From the UHGV virus genome UHGV-1370579: a DNA stretch of 64,000 bases, one strand, 5' to 3'. Positions 55,199-64,000 of this stretch are shown in pieces. The position numbers and the translations under genes were made by a program. The notes under the pieces are model-generated. The model saw only the letters and a program-made list of their open reading frames with translations. It was not told where the DNA came from and ran no database searches. The DNA is from a virus. Positions within the stretch are counted from its first letter, which is position 1; each line of letters begins with the position of its first letter.

Positions 55199-57624
55199 TG
55201 GCAATAACTACTAAGATTATTGTACAACAAATATTAAATATTGATGATACTAAAGCTACTGCTAGTAAATTTCCTAGATACACAGTAACTCTTGGAAATT
55301 CTATTAGCTCTATTACTGCTAATGAGTTAGTATCTTCTATAGAGGCTGCTGCTAAATCTGCTGCGGCTGCAAAAGATTCTGAAATAGCTGCTAAAACCTC
55401 AGAACTTAATGCTAAAAACTCTGAACAGGAAGCTGCTATTTCTGCTGGAGCTTCTGAAGCTTCTGCTACTCAGTCTGCTACCTCTGCTACTCAGTCTGCC
55501 ACTTCTGCTACTAAATCTGCAGAATCAGCTGCAGCTGCAAAAACCTCTGAAACTAATGCTAAGTCTAGTGAAACAAAAGCTAAAACTAGCGAAACTAATG
55601 CAAAAGCTAGTGAAACAAAAGCTAAAACTAGCGAAACTAATGCAAAAGCTAGTGAGGATAAGGCAAAGGCTAGCGAAACTAATGCTGCTGCATCGGCGGC
55701 TGATGCAAAAATTAGTGAAGATAAAGCAAAAACCAGTGAGACTAATGCAGCCCAATCAGCGGCTGATTCTAGCGGTTTTAGGAATGAGGCGGAAATATTT
55801 TCTGGGCAAGCTGCTGCATCGGCATCTGCGGCAAAAATCTCTGAAACCAATGCAAAAACCTCGGAAACAAAAGCTAAGGCTAGTGAAACTAATGCTGCGG
55901 GATCTGCAACTTCTGCCAGTCAATCTGTGGCTGCTATTCAAGTACTTAAATCAGATGTCGAACAGTTAAAATCTGATACCCAGGCCATTAAAAATAGTGC
56001 TGTAACAGAGACAACAGCTTTAAAAGCGGATGTAGAACAGTTAAAATCTGATACCCAGGCCATTAAAAATAGTGCTGTAACAGAGACAACAGCTTTAAAA
56101 GCGGATGTTGAGCAACTAAAAACAGATACACAAGGTATTAAGGATAGCGCGGTATCTGAGACAACAACTTTAAAAAACCAAGCTGCAACTTCTGCAACTA
56201 ATGCTGCTAATTCTGCAGCAGAAGCGGGGGAACAGGCTACTGCTGCTGCTAATAGTGCTAATACTGCTAAAACTGAAGCCGATCGTTCAAAAACTGAGGC
56301 TGATAGATCAGAAGCTGCTGCTAATTCTACCCCCGACATTCAACCTCTTCCAGATGTATGGATACCGTTTAACGATTCTCTAGATATGATCACCGGCTTT
56401 GCACCAGGCTATAAAAAAATAACAGTTGGTGATGAGGAAATAACACTGCCTAGCGACAAGATTGTTAGCTTTACTCGTGCATCAACTGCGACCTATATCA
56501 ATAAGTCCGGCGCTCTTACCATTGCAGAAATTAATGAGCCACGTTTTGAAAAAGAAGGTCTGCTTATTGAAGGTCAGAGAACTAACTATTTTGCGAATTC
56601 AAACGCGCCAGAATTATGGAACTCGAATTCAGGGCTAAGCAAAAGTGAAACAAAAACCGATGATCGTGGTTTTAAATATGCAACGTTCGGCCCTGGTGTT
56701 TACTCTGGCTCTACTGGTACATATGGGATTATATCAGGTAACTCGCAAAACAATATATCTGTAGTTAAAGATGACGCAGTTACACTATCGTTTAGGGCAA
56801 GAGGACATAATCTAAGATTTGTTGCTAGATTTAGCAAAGGAGAAACACCTGCTACTGTTGCTGTTCTTTTTATTGACAGCGACACGCTAGCTACATTCAC
56901 GTCCGGGCAGGATGCGTCTAACATCACTGTGAAAAATGTTGTTCAGGATGGTGAATGGGTTGCTATAGAGGTTGTTTATAAAGTTACAGATAACTCAGCA
57001 TATATTAACGGTGGAATTCAGATTGTGCAAAAAGCCGATGCCACTTATGATGATTCTAGTTTTGTTGAGGTGACTACTCCGCAAATTGAAAAAGGGTCAT
57101 GCGCTTCATCGTTCATAATTACAAGCAGTACGCCCGCCACAAGAGCTAGTGACATGGTCCTAATACCAACTGATTGCAATCAACCATCCTCTATACCGTT
57201 AAGTCTACTTGTTGAGGTAAATAGAACTTGGGATATAGCCCCAAACTCAGCACCAAGGATAGTACATGTAGCAAATGCACCAGAAGACCAGTTATTAGTT
57301 GCTTTCAGGGTTCCATCAAGCGATACAGTAGAGCCGCTGCCTTATTCTCAGTTGGGGGTCAGTCAGTCATTTACGCCAGTATCAACAAAAACAAGCGGGA
57401 AAATGGTGACTGGTTTTGTTTGCAACAAAAGCTCAGAATTAAGATGCGTAACAAACGCTGTGTTCGGTGCGCCTGTGAAAACAACATGGAAAGCTGGTTT
57501 ATCTAAAAATCTTCGTATCGGCGGCATAAGTGCAGATGGTGGGAAACATCTTTTCGGGCATGTCAGAAATTTTAGAATCTGGCATAAAGAATTAACGGAT
57601 CGTCAAATGAGGGAGTCTGTATGA
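55198..57624 (+). CDS. ltfA: L-shaped (lateral) tail fibre protein A (LtfA-like), repeat-rich
   Basis: 808 aa. Ala/Ser-rich heptad-like SETNAKA repeats and three 25-aa tandem repeats. Follows p132, as pb1 does in T5. Confidence 0.7.
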   Translation: MAITTKIIVQQILNIDDTKATASKFPRYTVTLGNSISSITANELVSSIEAAAKSAAAAKDSEIAAKTSELNAKNSEQEAAISAGASEASATQSATSATQSATSATKSAESAAAAKTSETNAKSSETKAKTSETNAKASETKAKTSETNAKASEDKAKASETNAAASAADAKISEDKAKTSETNAAQSAADSSGFRNEAEIFSGQAAASASAAKISETNAKTSETKAKASETNAAGSATSASQSVAAIQVLKSDVEQLKSDTQAIKNSAVTETTALKADVEQLKSDTQAIKNSAVTETTALKADVEQLKTDTQGIKDSAVSETTTLKNQAATSATNAANSAAEAGEQATAAANSANTAKTEADRSKTEADRSEAAANSTPDIQPLPDVWIPFNDSLDMITGFAPGYKKITVGDEEITLPSDKIVSFTRASTATYINKSGALTIAEINEPRFEKEGLLIEGQRTNYFANSNAPELWNSNSGLSKSETKTDDRGFKYATFGPGVYSGSTGTYGIISGNSQNNISVVKDDAVTLSFRARGHNLRFVARFSKGETPATVAVLFIDSDTLATFTSGQDASNITVKNVVQDGEWVAIEVVYKVTDNSAYINGGIQIVQKADATYDDSSFVEVTTPQIEKGSCASSFIITSSTPATRASDMVLIPTDCNQPSSIPLSLLVEVNRTWDIAPNSAPRIVHVANAPEDQLLVAFRVPSSDTVEPLPYSQLGVSQSFTPVSTKTSGKMVTGFVCNKSSELRCVTNAVFGAPVKTTWKAGLSKNLRIGGISADGGKHLFGHVRNFRIWHKELTDRQMRESV
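55951..56175 (+). repeat. 3 x 75-bp tandem DNA repeat inside ltfA (ADVEQLKSDTQAIKNSAVTETTALK x3)
   Basis: The first two units are essentially identical at the DNA level. Confidence 0.9.
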
Positions 57625-57899
57625 AAGATATAATATTAAAATTTAAAGACAAGAACGAATATAAAAATTTCTTAGTTGGAATAAACTGGCAAGAAAATGA
57701 AGAGTTACGAGATATGTTTCTCCTGGACGAGATTGGCTATACTTATACTGAAATCTCCGCACCAGGCGATGAGGAACCTAGATACACCCGTAATGAAGGA
57801 TACTATGTTAATGTAAGGATTCTTGGTGAATCCTTTACTTATGAATACTTTGAGCCTTTTATAGTTCAGTTGGAACAGCCTCTTAGAGAGTGGGCGTAA
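57621..57899 (+). CDS. small acidic protein (92 aa) between the two tail-fibre genes
   Basis: ATGA overlap with the ltfA stop; function unknown. Confidence 0.5.
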   Translation: MKDIILKFKDKNEYKNFLVGINWQENEELRDMFLLDEIGYTYTEISAPGDEEPRYTRNEGYYVNVRILGESFTYEYFEPFIVQLEQPLREWA

Positions 57900-57908
57900 G
57901 GTTTTATA

Positions 57909-59678
57909 ATGGTAACTAAAACAGTAATTCCTACGGATATTACAAAACTTAAAAATGAGTCACTTAACAAGAATAATAATTTAAGTGACTTAGCAGACCG
58001 TGCAGCAGCATGGTTAAATGTGCGTCCTATTGGGTCCACCCCTCTTGCGGGGGATCCTGTTGGGGACTATGATGCCGCAACTAAGCGTTGGGTGGAGAAC
58101 AAACTTAATACTGGCACAGTAGGACCCACAATGAATGGTGTTATGAACTACGGGGTGGGGGATTTTCATCTTCGAGATAGCCGTGCGTATATTCAACCTT
58201 ATGAGGTAGTTTCTGATGGGCAGCTTCTTAACAGGGCTGACTGGCCGGAGCTTTGGGCTTACGCTCAAATGGTGGGGGCAATTAGTGATGACATTTGGGT
58301 GTCTGATATCAAACAACGTGGGAAATATTCTACGGGAGATGGTACCACTACTTTCCGCGTCCCAGATCGTAATGGTGTGCAACTAAATTCAATCAAAGGG
58401 TTATTCGCTCGTGGTGACGGTGGGGGGGATGCTGGTCAAGCTGGTTCAATATCAGAAGCTGCAGCACCCAATATTACTGGTAGTTTTCCTGGCGCTATTG
58501 CTGGTGCATATGAAGAAGCGCTTAATAGATATTCATCTAGATTTGGTCTTATTGGGGCGATTGGTGGTGAAAACGGCTTAGGTGCCGCTCCTGGAGGTGC
58601 ATCTAAATCATTTGCCGTAGTTAATCCTGATAACCAATACGGATTTAGTTTTGATGCAAACTTAGCGGACCCTGTTTATGGGCGTTATGGAATAAAAGGT
58701 ACTATTATTCCAAACAGCTTTATAGGTGTCTGGGTAATCCGTGCTTCTGGTGGGTTCGTGGCTGCAAAGACTTCGTGGAGTGTTATTAGTGGTGATGCTG
58801 TCAAACCTAATACTGGTACTACTGTTTATGGCGGGAGTGTACTATCTGAGTATAAAGTAGGTACTAGTAGTGAGGCTGTAAGTACACTACGAGCTAAAGC
58901 TACTATTGGTGGCACCTACTCTACTGAACTACTAATAGACAATAAATCTACCGGTAAATCGAATTCCGCCCAGCTTGTAGATAATGGGGATTTTGTAACG
59001 GATCGTTTTAAAGCTAGATTAGTTACTGGCATGGCGTGGTCTCAGACTGGCTGGGTACAAGGTACTCTTTCTCAGAACGAGGTCAATATAGGTAGTACAT
59101 TTAACTTTAATAGTATATTGAGCGGTTCCCAGTCTTCTTCCGCAGGGTATAAGACATCTGCACATTTTGGATTAATTCATAATGACTTAGGCTCATTTGC
59201 AGATTCTTGTTGGCAGGTAGCGGGAGATGATGATAATAAATTTGGTGTGCGTTTAAAAATTCAGCCGAATAATAATAGTATTTATTTTTATTCTTGGTGG
59301 CCAGGTGCTTCAGCAACCTATACTTTGCAATTAAATGCTGTATCTGATTCTCGCTTAAAGCATGATATTAAGGCTATAGACGCAACTAAGTCCATCGAGG
59401 TATTAAAAGGATTAGAATTCCAATCCTTTGTATATAATAACGATGAAAAATCTCGTGTCCGACGTGGGGTTATTGCTCAGCAAGTAGAGAATATAGAACC
59501 ACTTTATGTAAAAACTAGAAAATTTTATAATGATGACGGAATAGAGCAGGAGCAAAAGGAATTAGATACAACTCCAATGCTTCTTGACACTATGCATGTT
59601 GTGCAAGATCTTATTAAACGGATTGAAGATCTAGAGAAAGAGCTTGAGCAATTAAAGGTACAATTAGTATCACAATAA
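57909..59678 (+). CDS. ltfB: lateral tail fibre protein B (LtfB-like) with C-terminal S74 intramolecular chaperone/autoprocessing domain
   Basis: C-terminal SDSRLKHDIKAID...VLKGLEFQSFVYNND...RRGVIAQQVENIEPLYV matches the peptidase_S74 chaperone domain of T5 pb1 / K1F endosialidase. Confidence 0.75.
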   Translation: MVTKTVIPTDITKLKNESLNKNNNLSDLADRAAAWLNVRPIGSTPLAGDPVGDYDAATKRWVENKLNTGTVGPTMNGVMNYGVGDFHLRDSRAYIQPYEVVSDGQLLNRADWPELWAYAQMVGAISDDIWVSDIKQRGKYSTGDGTTTFRVPDRNGVQLNSIKGLFARGDGGGDAGQAGSISEAAAPNITGSFPGAIAGAYEEALNRYSSRFGLIGAIGGENGLGAAPGGASKSFAVVNPDNQYGFSFDANLADPVYGRYGIKGTIIPNSFIGVWVIRASGGFVAAKTSWSVISGDAVKPNTGTTVYGGSVLSEYKVGTSSEAVSTLRAKATIGGTYSTELLIDNKSTGKSNSAQLVDNGDFVTDRFKARLVTGMAWSQTGWVQGTLSQNEVNIGSTFNFNSILSGSQSSSAGYKTSAHFGLIHNDLGSFADSCWQVAGDDDNKFGVRLKIQPNNNSIYFYSWWPGASATYTLQLNAVSDSRLKHDIKAIDATKSIEVLKGLEFQSFVYNNDEKSRVRRGVIAQQVENIEPLYVKTRKFYNDDGIEQEQKELDTTPMLLDTMHVVQDLIKRIEDLEKELEQLKVQLVSQ

Positions 59679-59681
59679 AAG

Positions 59682-59715
59682 AAAACCCCAGTGGACAAAA
59701 TCCACTGGGGTTTAT
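59682..59715. terminator. bidirectional rho-independent terminator between the convergent ltfB and dut
   Basis: CCCCAGTGGA...TCCACTGGGG flanked by A-run and T-run. Confidence 0.8.
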
Positions 59716-59734
59716 TATTTATTTTATATGTAGA

Positions 59735-60181
59735 TTACTTACTTCCTGAACTTCCAAATCCTCCTTCCCCACGTACAGTCTCTTCTAACTCATCAACGAT
59801 TTCAAAATTATGAGTTGAGTAATGTGGCAGTACCACTAGCTGACAAAGTCTCTCGAAATTCTCCAGAGTTTGCATTTCAGAACCGTAATTATAGAGGTTC
59901 ATCTTAATAGTACCACGATAGTCTGAGTCGATCACCCCTGCGGTGTTTGCAATCATCAAATGGCGCTTACCTAAAGAGCTACGAGGAACCACCAAACCGA
60001 ACCAACCTCGCGGAATTTCTACCGCGACACCGGTGTCAATCATTAGGGATTTGCCTGGCGCAATAGCACGTAAATCTGCGGCAGGGTTTGTACCAAAGAA
60101 TGCTCGCAGATCCATACCTGCGGCATCTTCGGAACCAATCTTAGGCATACAATCTGGGTGAGTTAATTTAATTTTAATCAT
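59735..60181 (-). CDS. dut: dUTPase
   Basis: 148 aa; five dUTPase motifs (AAGMDLRA, RSSLG, GVIDSDYRG, RGEGGFGSSG). Confidence 0.9.
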   Translation of the reverse strand: MIKIKLTHPDCMPKIGSEDAAGMDLRAFFGTNPAADLRAIAPGKSLMIDTGVAVEIPRGWFGLVVPRSSLGKRHLMIANTAGVIDSDYRGTIKMNLYNYGSEMQTLENFERLCQLVVLPHYSTHNFEIVDELEETVRGEGGFGSSGSK

Positions 60182-61053
60182 TGTTCTGCAATCTCCAAAA
60201 TATCTTTTGTGAACTTATCTAATACATCTTGACCTACAGCAGCAATAGCATCCACACAGTAGGTAGGTAAATCAACCAGAATTAGGTTTCGGTAAAGCAA
60301 TTCTTCCGAAGCATTTAAATTCTGTATATATTTCTGTTTTCCAGGCAGTGGAAGCTGATCAATAATATCCAGAACGTTACCGAATTCACGAATAATATTA
60401 TATCCGCGTTTTGCCCCAATACCTTCAACCCCACGAATATTATCCCCTAAATCACCCATAATTGCTTTTAGAGAGATAAACTGCTCTACATCGTCAACAT
60501 TATGATGCTCATACATATCACGAAGATGATATTCACGACGTGTTGTGAAAGAAAAACGAGAAACTTTATCTGTTAGTAAAGTATCCCAGTCACCGTCTGT
60601 AGAGATTAACCAAACATGATCGTATAGATGCCCAATGAGTTTAACAATATAAGCCGCCATATCATCTGCTTCTACACCACGAATAGTGAAAGTTGGAAAT
60701 GTAGTTTCACATAATTCGAAAGCATCTTTCAAATACTCGAAGAACTGCTCATCTAGTGCTTTCTCCTCTTCCGTACGCTGCGAGTATTTCTCATCTCGAT
60801 TCCCCTTATACTCAGGGAGATGCTCTAAGCGGAATGCAGACTTCCCTTTATCCCCTAAAACTATTGTAGTTCTAGCAGAATAAGATTTTGCTAGAGACTG
60901 AATAGTGGAAACATAACTTGAGGCAAATGGTTTTTTACTGTTGTTATGTTTGAAGCGAAAGCCTAAGTTAGTTCCATCGACAATCATTAGGTTACGACGG
61001 GAAGCCATTTCAGCTTCCTCTTCTTCAATAAATTTTCCCCAGGATTTACTCAT
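60178..61053 (-). CDS. D15: 5'-3' flap endonuclease D15
   Basis: 291 aa; N-terminus MSKSWGKFIEEEEAEMASRRNLMIVDGTNLGFRF matches T5 D15 as recalled. Confidence 0.9.
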   Translation of the reverse strand: MSKSWGKFIEEEEAEMASRRNLMIVDGTNLGFRFKHNNSKKPFASSYVSTIQSLAKSYSARTTIVLGDKGKSAFRLEHLPEYKGNRDEKYSQRTEEEKALDEQFFEYLKDAFELCETTFPTFTIRGVEADDMAAYIVKLIGHLYDHVWLISTDGDWDTLLTDKVSRFSFTTRREYHLRDMYEHHNVDDVEQFISLKAIMGDLGDNIRGVEGIGAKRGYNIIREFGNVLDIIDQLPLPGKQKYIQNLNASEELLYRNLILVDLPTYCVDAIAAVGQDVLDKFTKDILEIAEQ

Positions 61054-61535
61054 TATTTAATTAAGTCCTCAACAGATGCATTATGTAGCCACGGCTCAAA
61101 TAAACCGATTACGATTTCCATGCCTTTCTTATTTAACACCATATGGGTACGACTCATTAAGTTGTCAACCATCGGGTCTGAGCTATCCAAAGCTATTAAC
61201 CACTGTCCTCTGTCTTTTTTGAATATTAATGCAGGTTTGGAGTTCATCTGCTCACCTTCACGTGAGCACTGCTGCCACCACTTCTCTAGAGTGGATTCAC
61301 CAACATTAAATAAATTACTTGATATATTATCATCTTTATACCACTTAACTTCGAAGCAGTATTTACTAATGTGTCCGCTTTGTGGTGGAAGGTAGATGTC
61401 ACCCTTCAGTCCGTGGCTCTGGCCAAAAGCACCAGAGCCAGGAACACGTTCCCACTCAAGACCTGTTCGCTCACGTAGAATATCTCTTACCTGATATTCA
61501 CCACGTTTACCTTTCTCTCTACTATCTACAGCCAT
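61053..61535 (-). CDS. D14: D14-like protein
   Basis: 160 aa; between D13 and D15 as in T5. Confidence 0.6.
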   Translation of the reverse strand: MAVDSREKGKRGEYQVRDILRERTGLEWERVPGSGAFGQSHGLKGDIYLPPQSGHISKYCFEVKWYKDDNISSNLFNVGESTLEKWWQQCSREGEQMNSKPALIFKKDRGQWLIALDSSDPMVDNLMSRTHMVLNKKGMEIVIGLFEPWLHNASVEDLIK

Positions 61536-61538
61536 GTT

Positions 61539-63377
61539 TTATTCTAAGTAGGAAAATCCTTCTGCATCTTTTTTGACAGTAATCTTATGAGCTAATGGAT
61601 GCGTATGCCCATGAGAAACAATGATAGAATTTAGACTTTCTTCCTCATTTAATAGCTCAACGAGAGTATCAAGTCCCTTCGTATCAATAAAGCTAATTAC
61701 TTCATCAAGGAATAGAAGATTAATATTAACTTTACTAATAGATGTTAACAGCATCCGAATAGCTAACAGGGTTGCTAGATTAATTCGACTTTGCTGACCA
61801 GTAGAGCAGTTTTCCATACTGGTACGGTTTCCATCATTGAAGATTACTACTTGTAATTTAGTTTCATCTAGTTCAAATCCAAGTGCGAATTTACCACCAG
61901 TCATAATAGAAAGATATTTATTAATTAGCTCTTCAAATACTTTCACACTATGCTCTAGTTTATATCCAACCAGATTTTTCAATGCAGCAATTAGAATATC
62001 GAGATCAGCAACAGCTTCTGATACTCCATCCAGTTTGGAAGTAATCTCAGTCATTTCTGCTTCTGCTTTCTCAATCTGTTCTAGCTTTGCTTTATATTTT
62101 GCATTGGCTAATTCGACATTTGCATTATGCTCTTTGGCAATTGCAACCTTAGAACGGCCATCAGCGATTTCCTGTTCTAATTGTCGGATTTGCACCTGTA
62201 GGATTTGCACATTGAGTTCTTCAAAAGAAGCATCACTCATTGAATTTTTGAACTCGTCTCTAGCTACCACTGCTTTATCCAAAGCATCCTTTGCTCTAGT
62301 ATACGCAACGTACTCAAGTTGTTCTTTCTTCAACTGTTCTAGCTTAGCTTCAAGAGATTGCTTCTCTTTGAACAGAGGATCATATTCTACTCTAGCCATA
62401 TCCATTGCTTTTTGAGCAGCAGTTGTATCCAGATGAGTACCACAAGTAGGACATTCAGTATTTGAAGCCTCTTGCTTGAACTTCTGATAACGTTTCTTAA
62501 CTTCGCTCGCACGTGAGGTCACAATCGTTAGGTCACGCGTAACACTCGAGATCTCTTCATTTTGGTCAGTGGGCGCGGGCAAATTTTTAAAAGGCTCGAA
62601 AGATTGTTCGGCAACTTGTACAGCTTTGTCCAAATTACGCAACTTAGTAATATTAGCCTCTTGAGACTTGGCTAATGCCGCCTTAATTTTCGACTCAGTA
62701 AGTTCTTGTGCTAATGGCTCTTCATCAAACTCCGGTACTTCTACAGGTTCCTGCAAAGTTCCCAGATTATTCTTTCCATTAAGGATTTTCGTAATTACAG
62801 CCATTTGACCCTGCAAATTATTTAAGGTATTTGCTATTTCTTTACGATCAGCCTTAATAGTTTCTGACATTTCTTTGTATTGCTCTTGATTGAACAAGTT
62901 AACAAGAAAAGCCTTACGTGTTGCATCTGTTGCTTTTAGAAAATCTAGGTTGGAACCCACTGATTGATAAATCAGTTTGGTGAATGTTTGAAAGTCACCA
63001 CCCATAATCTCTTCAATCATCTTGTATGTTTGGGTTGCCGTATGTCCACTAATATCTTCCCCATTCTTAATCAACGTTACTTTAGCTGTTGACTTAACTA
63101 CTTTATGCAGCTCATACTCATCATCATCTTTTGAGAAGTAAGCGTGCATATCGTATTCTTTCTTAGGGGCATTCCAAGAGAACAATGCATCCTTCTTAAT
63201 ACCACGTGAGTTCTTGTTATAAAACAATTCCTCGATAACTGTAGCGATGGTGGATTTCCCTAGCCCATTGCCACCAATTAGTTGAGTAACTGGATTCTTA
63301 TCGAAATGAATTACGATGTCCTTACCGTAAGACATAACGTTACTAAATTTTAGTGTCTTAATTGTAATCTTTGACAT
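61539..63377 (-). CDS. D13: SbcC/Rad50-like ATPase D13
   Basis: Walker A GGNGLGKST, zinc hook CPTCG, long coiled coil, C-terminal LLFLDEVISFID; 612 aa. Confidence 0.85.
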   Translation of the reverse strand: MSKITIKTLKFSNVMSYGKDIVIHFDKNPVTQLIGGNGLGKSTIATVIEELFYNKNSRGIKKDALFSWNAPKKEYDMHAYFSKDDDEYELHKVVKSTAKVTLIKNGEDISGHTATQTYKMIEEIMGGDFQTFTKLIYQSVGSNLDFLKATDATRKAFLVNLFNQEQYKEMSETIKADRKEIANTLNNLQGQMAVITKILNGKNNLGTLQEPVEVPEFDEEPLAQELTESKIKAALAKSQEANITKLRNLDKAVQVAEQSFEPFKNLPAPTDQNEEISSVTRDLTIVTSRASEVKKRYQKFKQEASNTECPTCGTHLDTTAAQKAMDMARVEYDPLFKEKQSLEAKLEQLKKEQLEYVAYTRAKDALDKAVVARDEFKNSMSDASFEELNVQILQVQIRQLEQEIADGRSKVAIAKEHNANVELANAKYKAKLEQIEKAEAEMTEITSKLDGVSEAVADLDILIAALKNLVGYKLEHSVKVFEELINKYLSIMTGGKFALGFELDETKLQVVIFNDGNRTSMENCSTGQQSRINLATLLAIRMLLTSISKVNINLLFLDEVISFIDTKGLDTLVELLNEEESLNSIIVSHGHTHPLAHKITVKKDAEGFSYLE

Positions 63378-64000
63378 ATTTCGCAGCTCTAGCTAAGATT
63401 CTATCAATGTCGCCTTGAGATAGCTTCTCGACTTCACGGAAGTAAAGTTCAAGTTCACCTAACATATCAAGATCAACAAGATTTAACTTAGCGTCTTTAG
63501 TAACTCGATAGTTAATCTTCTTATCTAATAAATCAGAGTCTTTGATAGACTTTAATTGAACAACGTCACCAGTAACTTCGTAGACTACACGATCATAATC
63601 ACTAGGTTCCATCTCTTCACCTGCTCCGATTGTTTTACGAATCAGTTGTGGTAAATCACCTAATTCAATCCATTCTACTTTTAATGTGTCGGTATCAATG
63701 ATAAAGCAACCATTTGTACCTTTTGTGCGTTCTCTGTGGAACGATGTAGTTAATGGAGACCCTGGGTAGAGGAGTCTAGTAGATCCTATAGTCTGGCTAT
63801 TAGTATAAGAATGTAAATCGCCAGCAATTACAGTATCATAACAGTTGTACTTAGTTAGATCAATTTCTGGTTTTACATGCGGAGGGATTTCACCACGAAC
63901 ATGCGTGAAACATAGTTTTGATTCAGCAGGTTTCCACTTAGGTTTATGAATCTCATCATACGGAACAATATCAAATTCAGGGGAACGATATGGTTTGGTA
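63358..64000 (-). CDS. D12: SbcD/Mre11-like nuclease D12 (partial, N-terminus beyond the window)
   Basis: Continuous minus-strand frame from the window edge to the stop at 63358. The ORF-track 84-aa 'MEPSD' ORF is its C-terminus. Contains AGDLHSY phosphoesterase-like residues and overlaps the D13 start by 20 nt. Confidence 0.6.
   Translation of the reverse strand, partial: TKPYRSPEFDIVPYDEIHKPKWKPAESKLCFTHVRGEIPPHVKPEIDLTKYNCYDTVIAGDLHSYTNSQTIGSTRLLYPGSPLTTSFHRERTKGTNGCFIIDTDTLKVEWIELGDLPQLIRKTIGAGEEMEPSDYDRVVYEVTGDVVQLKSIKDSDLLDKKINYRVTKDAKLNLVDLDMLGELELYFREVEKLSQGDIDRILARAAKYVKDYN

Noticed and set aside
55409-56339. Long ORFs on both strands inside ltfA (55409..55969 +, 55491..55850 -, 55938..56339 -)
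   Set aside because: These are artefacts of the Ala/Ser/Thr-rich codon repeats; they overlap a well-supported tail-fibre gene.
63358-63612. ORF-track 84-aa ORF (MEPSDYDR...)
   Set aside because: It is not an independent gene. The reading frame continues upstream without a stop to the window edge, so it is the C-terminus of the partial D12 gene.
1-64000. Integrated prophage or temperate lifestyle
   Set aside because: No integrase, repressor / Cro pair or att-like tRNA truncation is present. The gene content and order are those of strictly lytic T5-like phages.

Overview
This window reads as a contiguous part of a T5-like siphophage genome (Tequintavirus-like, Demerecviridae), oriented as the reverse complement of the conventional T5 map. 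Sizes below are from the ORF track; T5 sizes, gene names and features (pb, p, A1/A2/dmp, iss, PN25) are from memory. Left to right: (1) 1-17.7 kb: a plus-strand early gene block with two tRNA genes (Ile-GAT, Met-CAT), a GrcA-like glycyl-radical cofactor, a NUMOD4/HNH homing endonuclease, an embedded Rz/Rz1-like spanin pair, dNMP kinase, a ClpP-like protease, holin (218 aa), L-Ala-D-Glu endolysin (137 aa), a thioredoxin-like protein, a Ser/Thr phosphatase and many small early ORFs. These are driven by T5 PN25-type promoters (TTGCTT-17-TATAAT followed by a conserved TATAAATTGATGAGAGGAG leader) and closed by clear rho-independent terminators. (2) 17.8-19.3 kb: a 1.5 kb non-coding repeat-rich region with GGCGGTTA x4, eight GTCGGATTTGCACA iterons, a ~190 bp polypyrimidine tract, palindromes, Fur-box-like ~105 bp direct repeats and perfect DnaA boxes. 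I read it as the counterpart of the T5 injection-stop-signal (iss) region at the inner end of the first-step-transfer DNA. (3) 19.1-23.2 kb: a 3.7 kb cassette of nine minus-strand genes, including two tiny translationally coupled hydrophobic peptides. It is bounded by ~170 bp imperfect inverted repeats that each carry DnaA boxes and a near-consensus LexA (SOS) box. The cassette is transcribed opposite to all neighbouring pre-early genes and lacks their conserved leader. It is the most unusual structure in the window. (4) 23.3-29.2 kb: the pre-early module (HNH, small ORFs, A1 556 aa, A2 132 aa, dmp 244 aa). Each gene follows a hairpin plus a conserved ATCCCTTAAAT...GGAGTTTT leader. This is probably the terminal-repeat equivalent collapsed by assembly. 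(5) 29.3-31.4 kb: two HNH-AP2 homing endonucleases, two small membrane proteins, a gene remnant and the llp lipoprotein on the minus strand. (6) 31.5-59.7 kb: the late structural module in T5 order, from receptor-binding pb5 and terminase through portal, capsid, tail tube, tape measure and baseplate to a split L-shaped tail fibre. LtfA carries tandem repeats and LtfB has a C-terminal S74 chaperone domain. The intervening HNH, GIY-YIG-like and pb10, TrP, p140, pb9, pb3, pb4 and p132 genes are in the feature list. (7) 59.7-64.0 kb: minus-strand dUTPase, D15 flap endonuclease, D14, D13 (SbcC-like) and a partial D12 (SbcD-like). There is no integrase, CRISPR array or rRNA.
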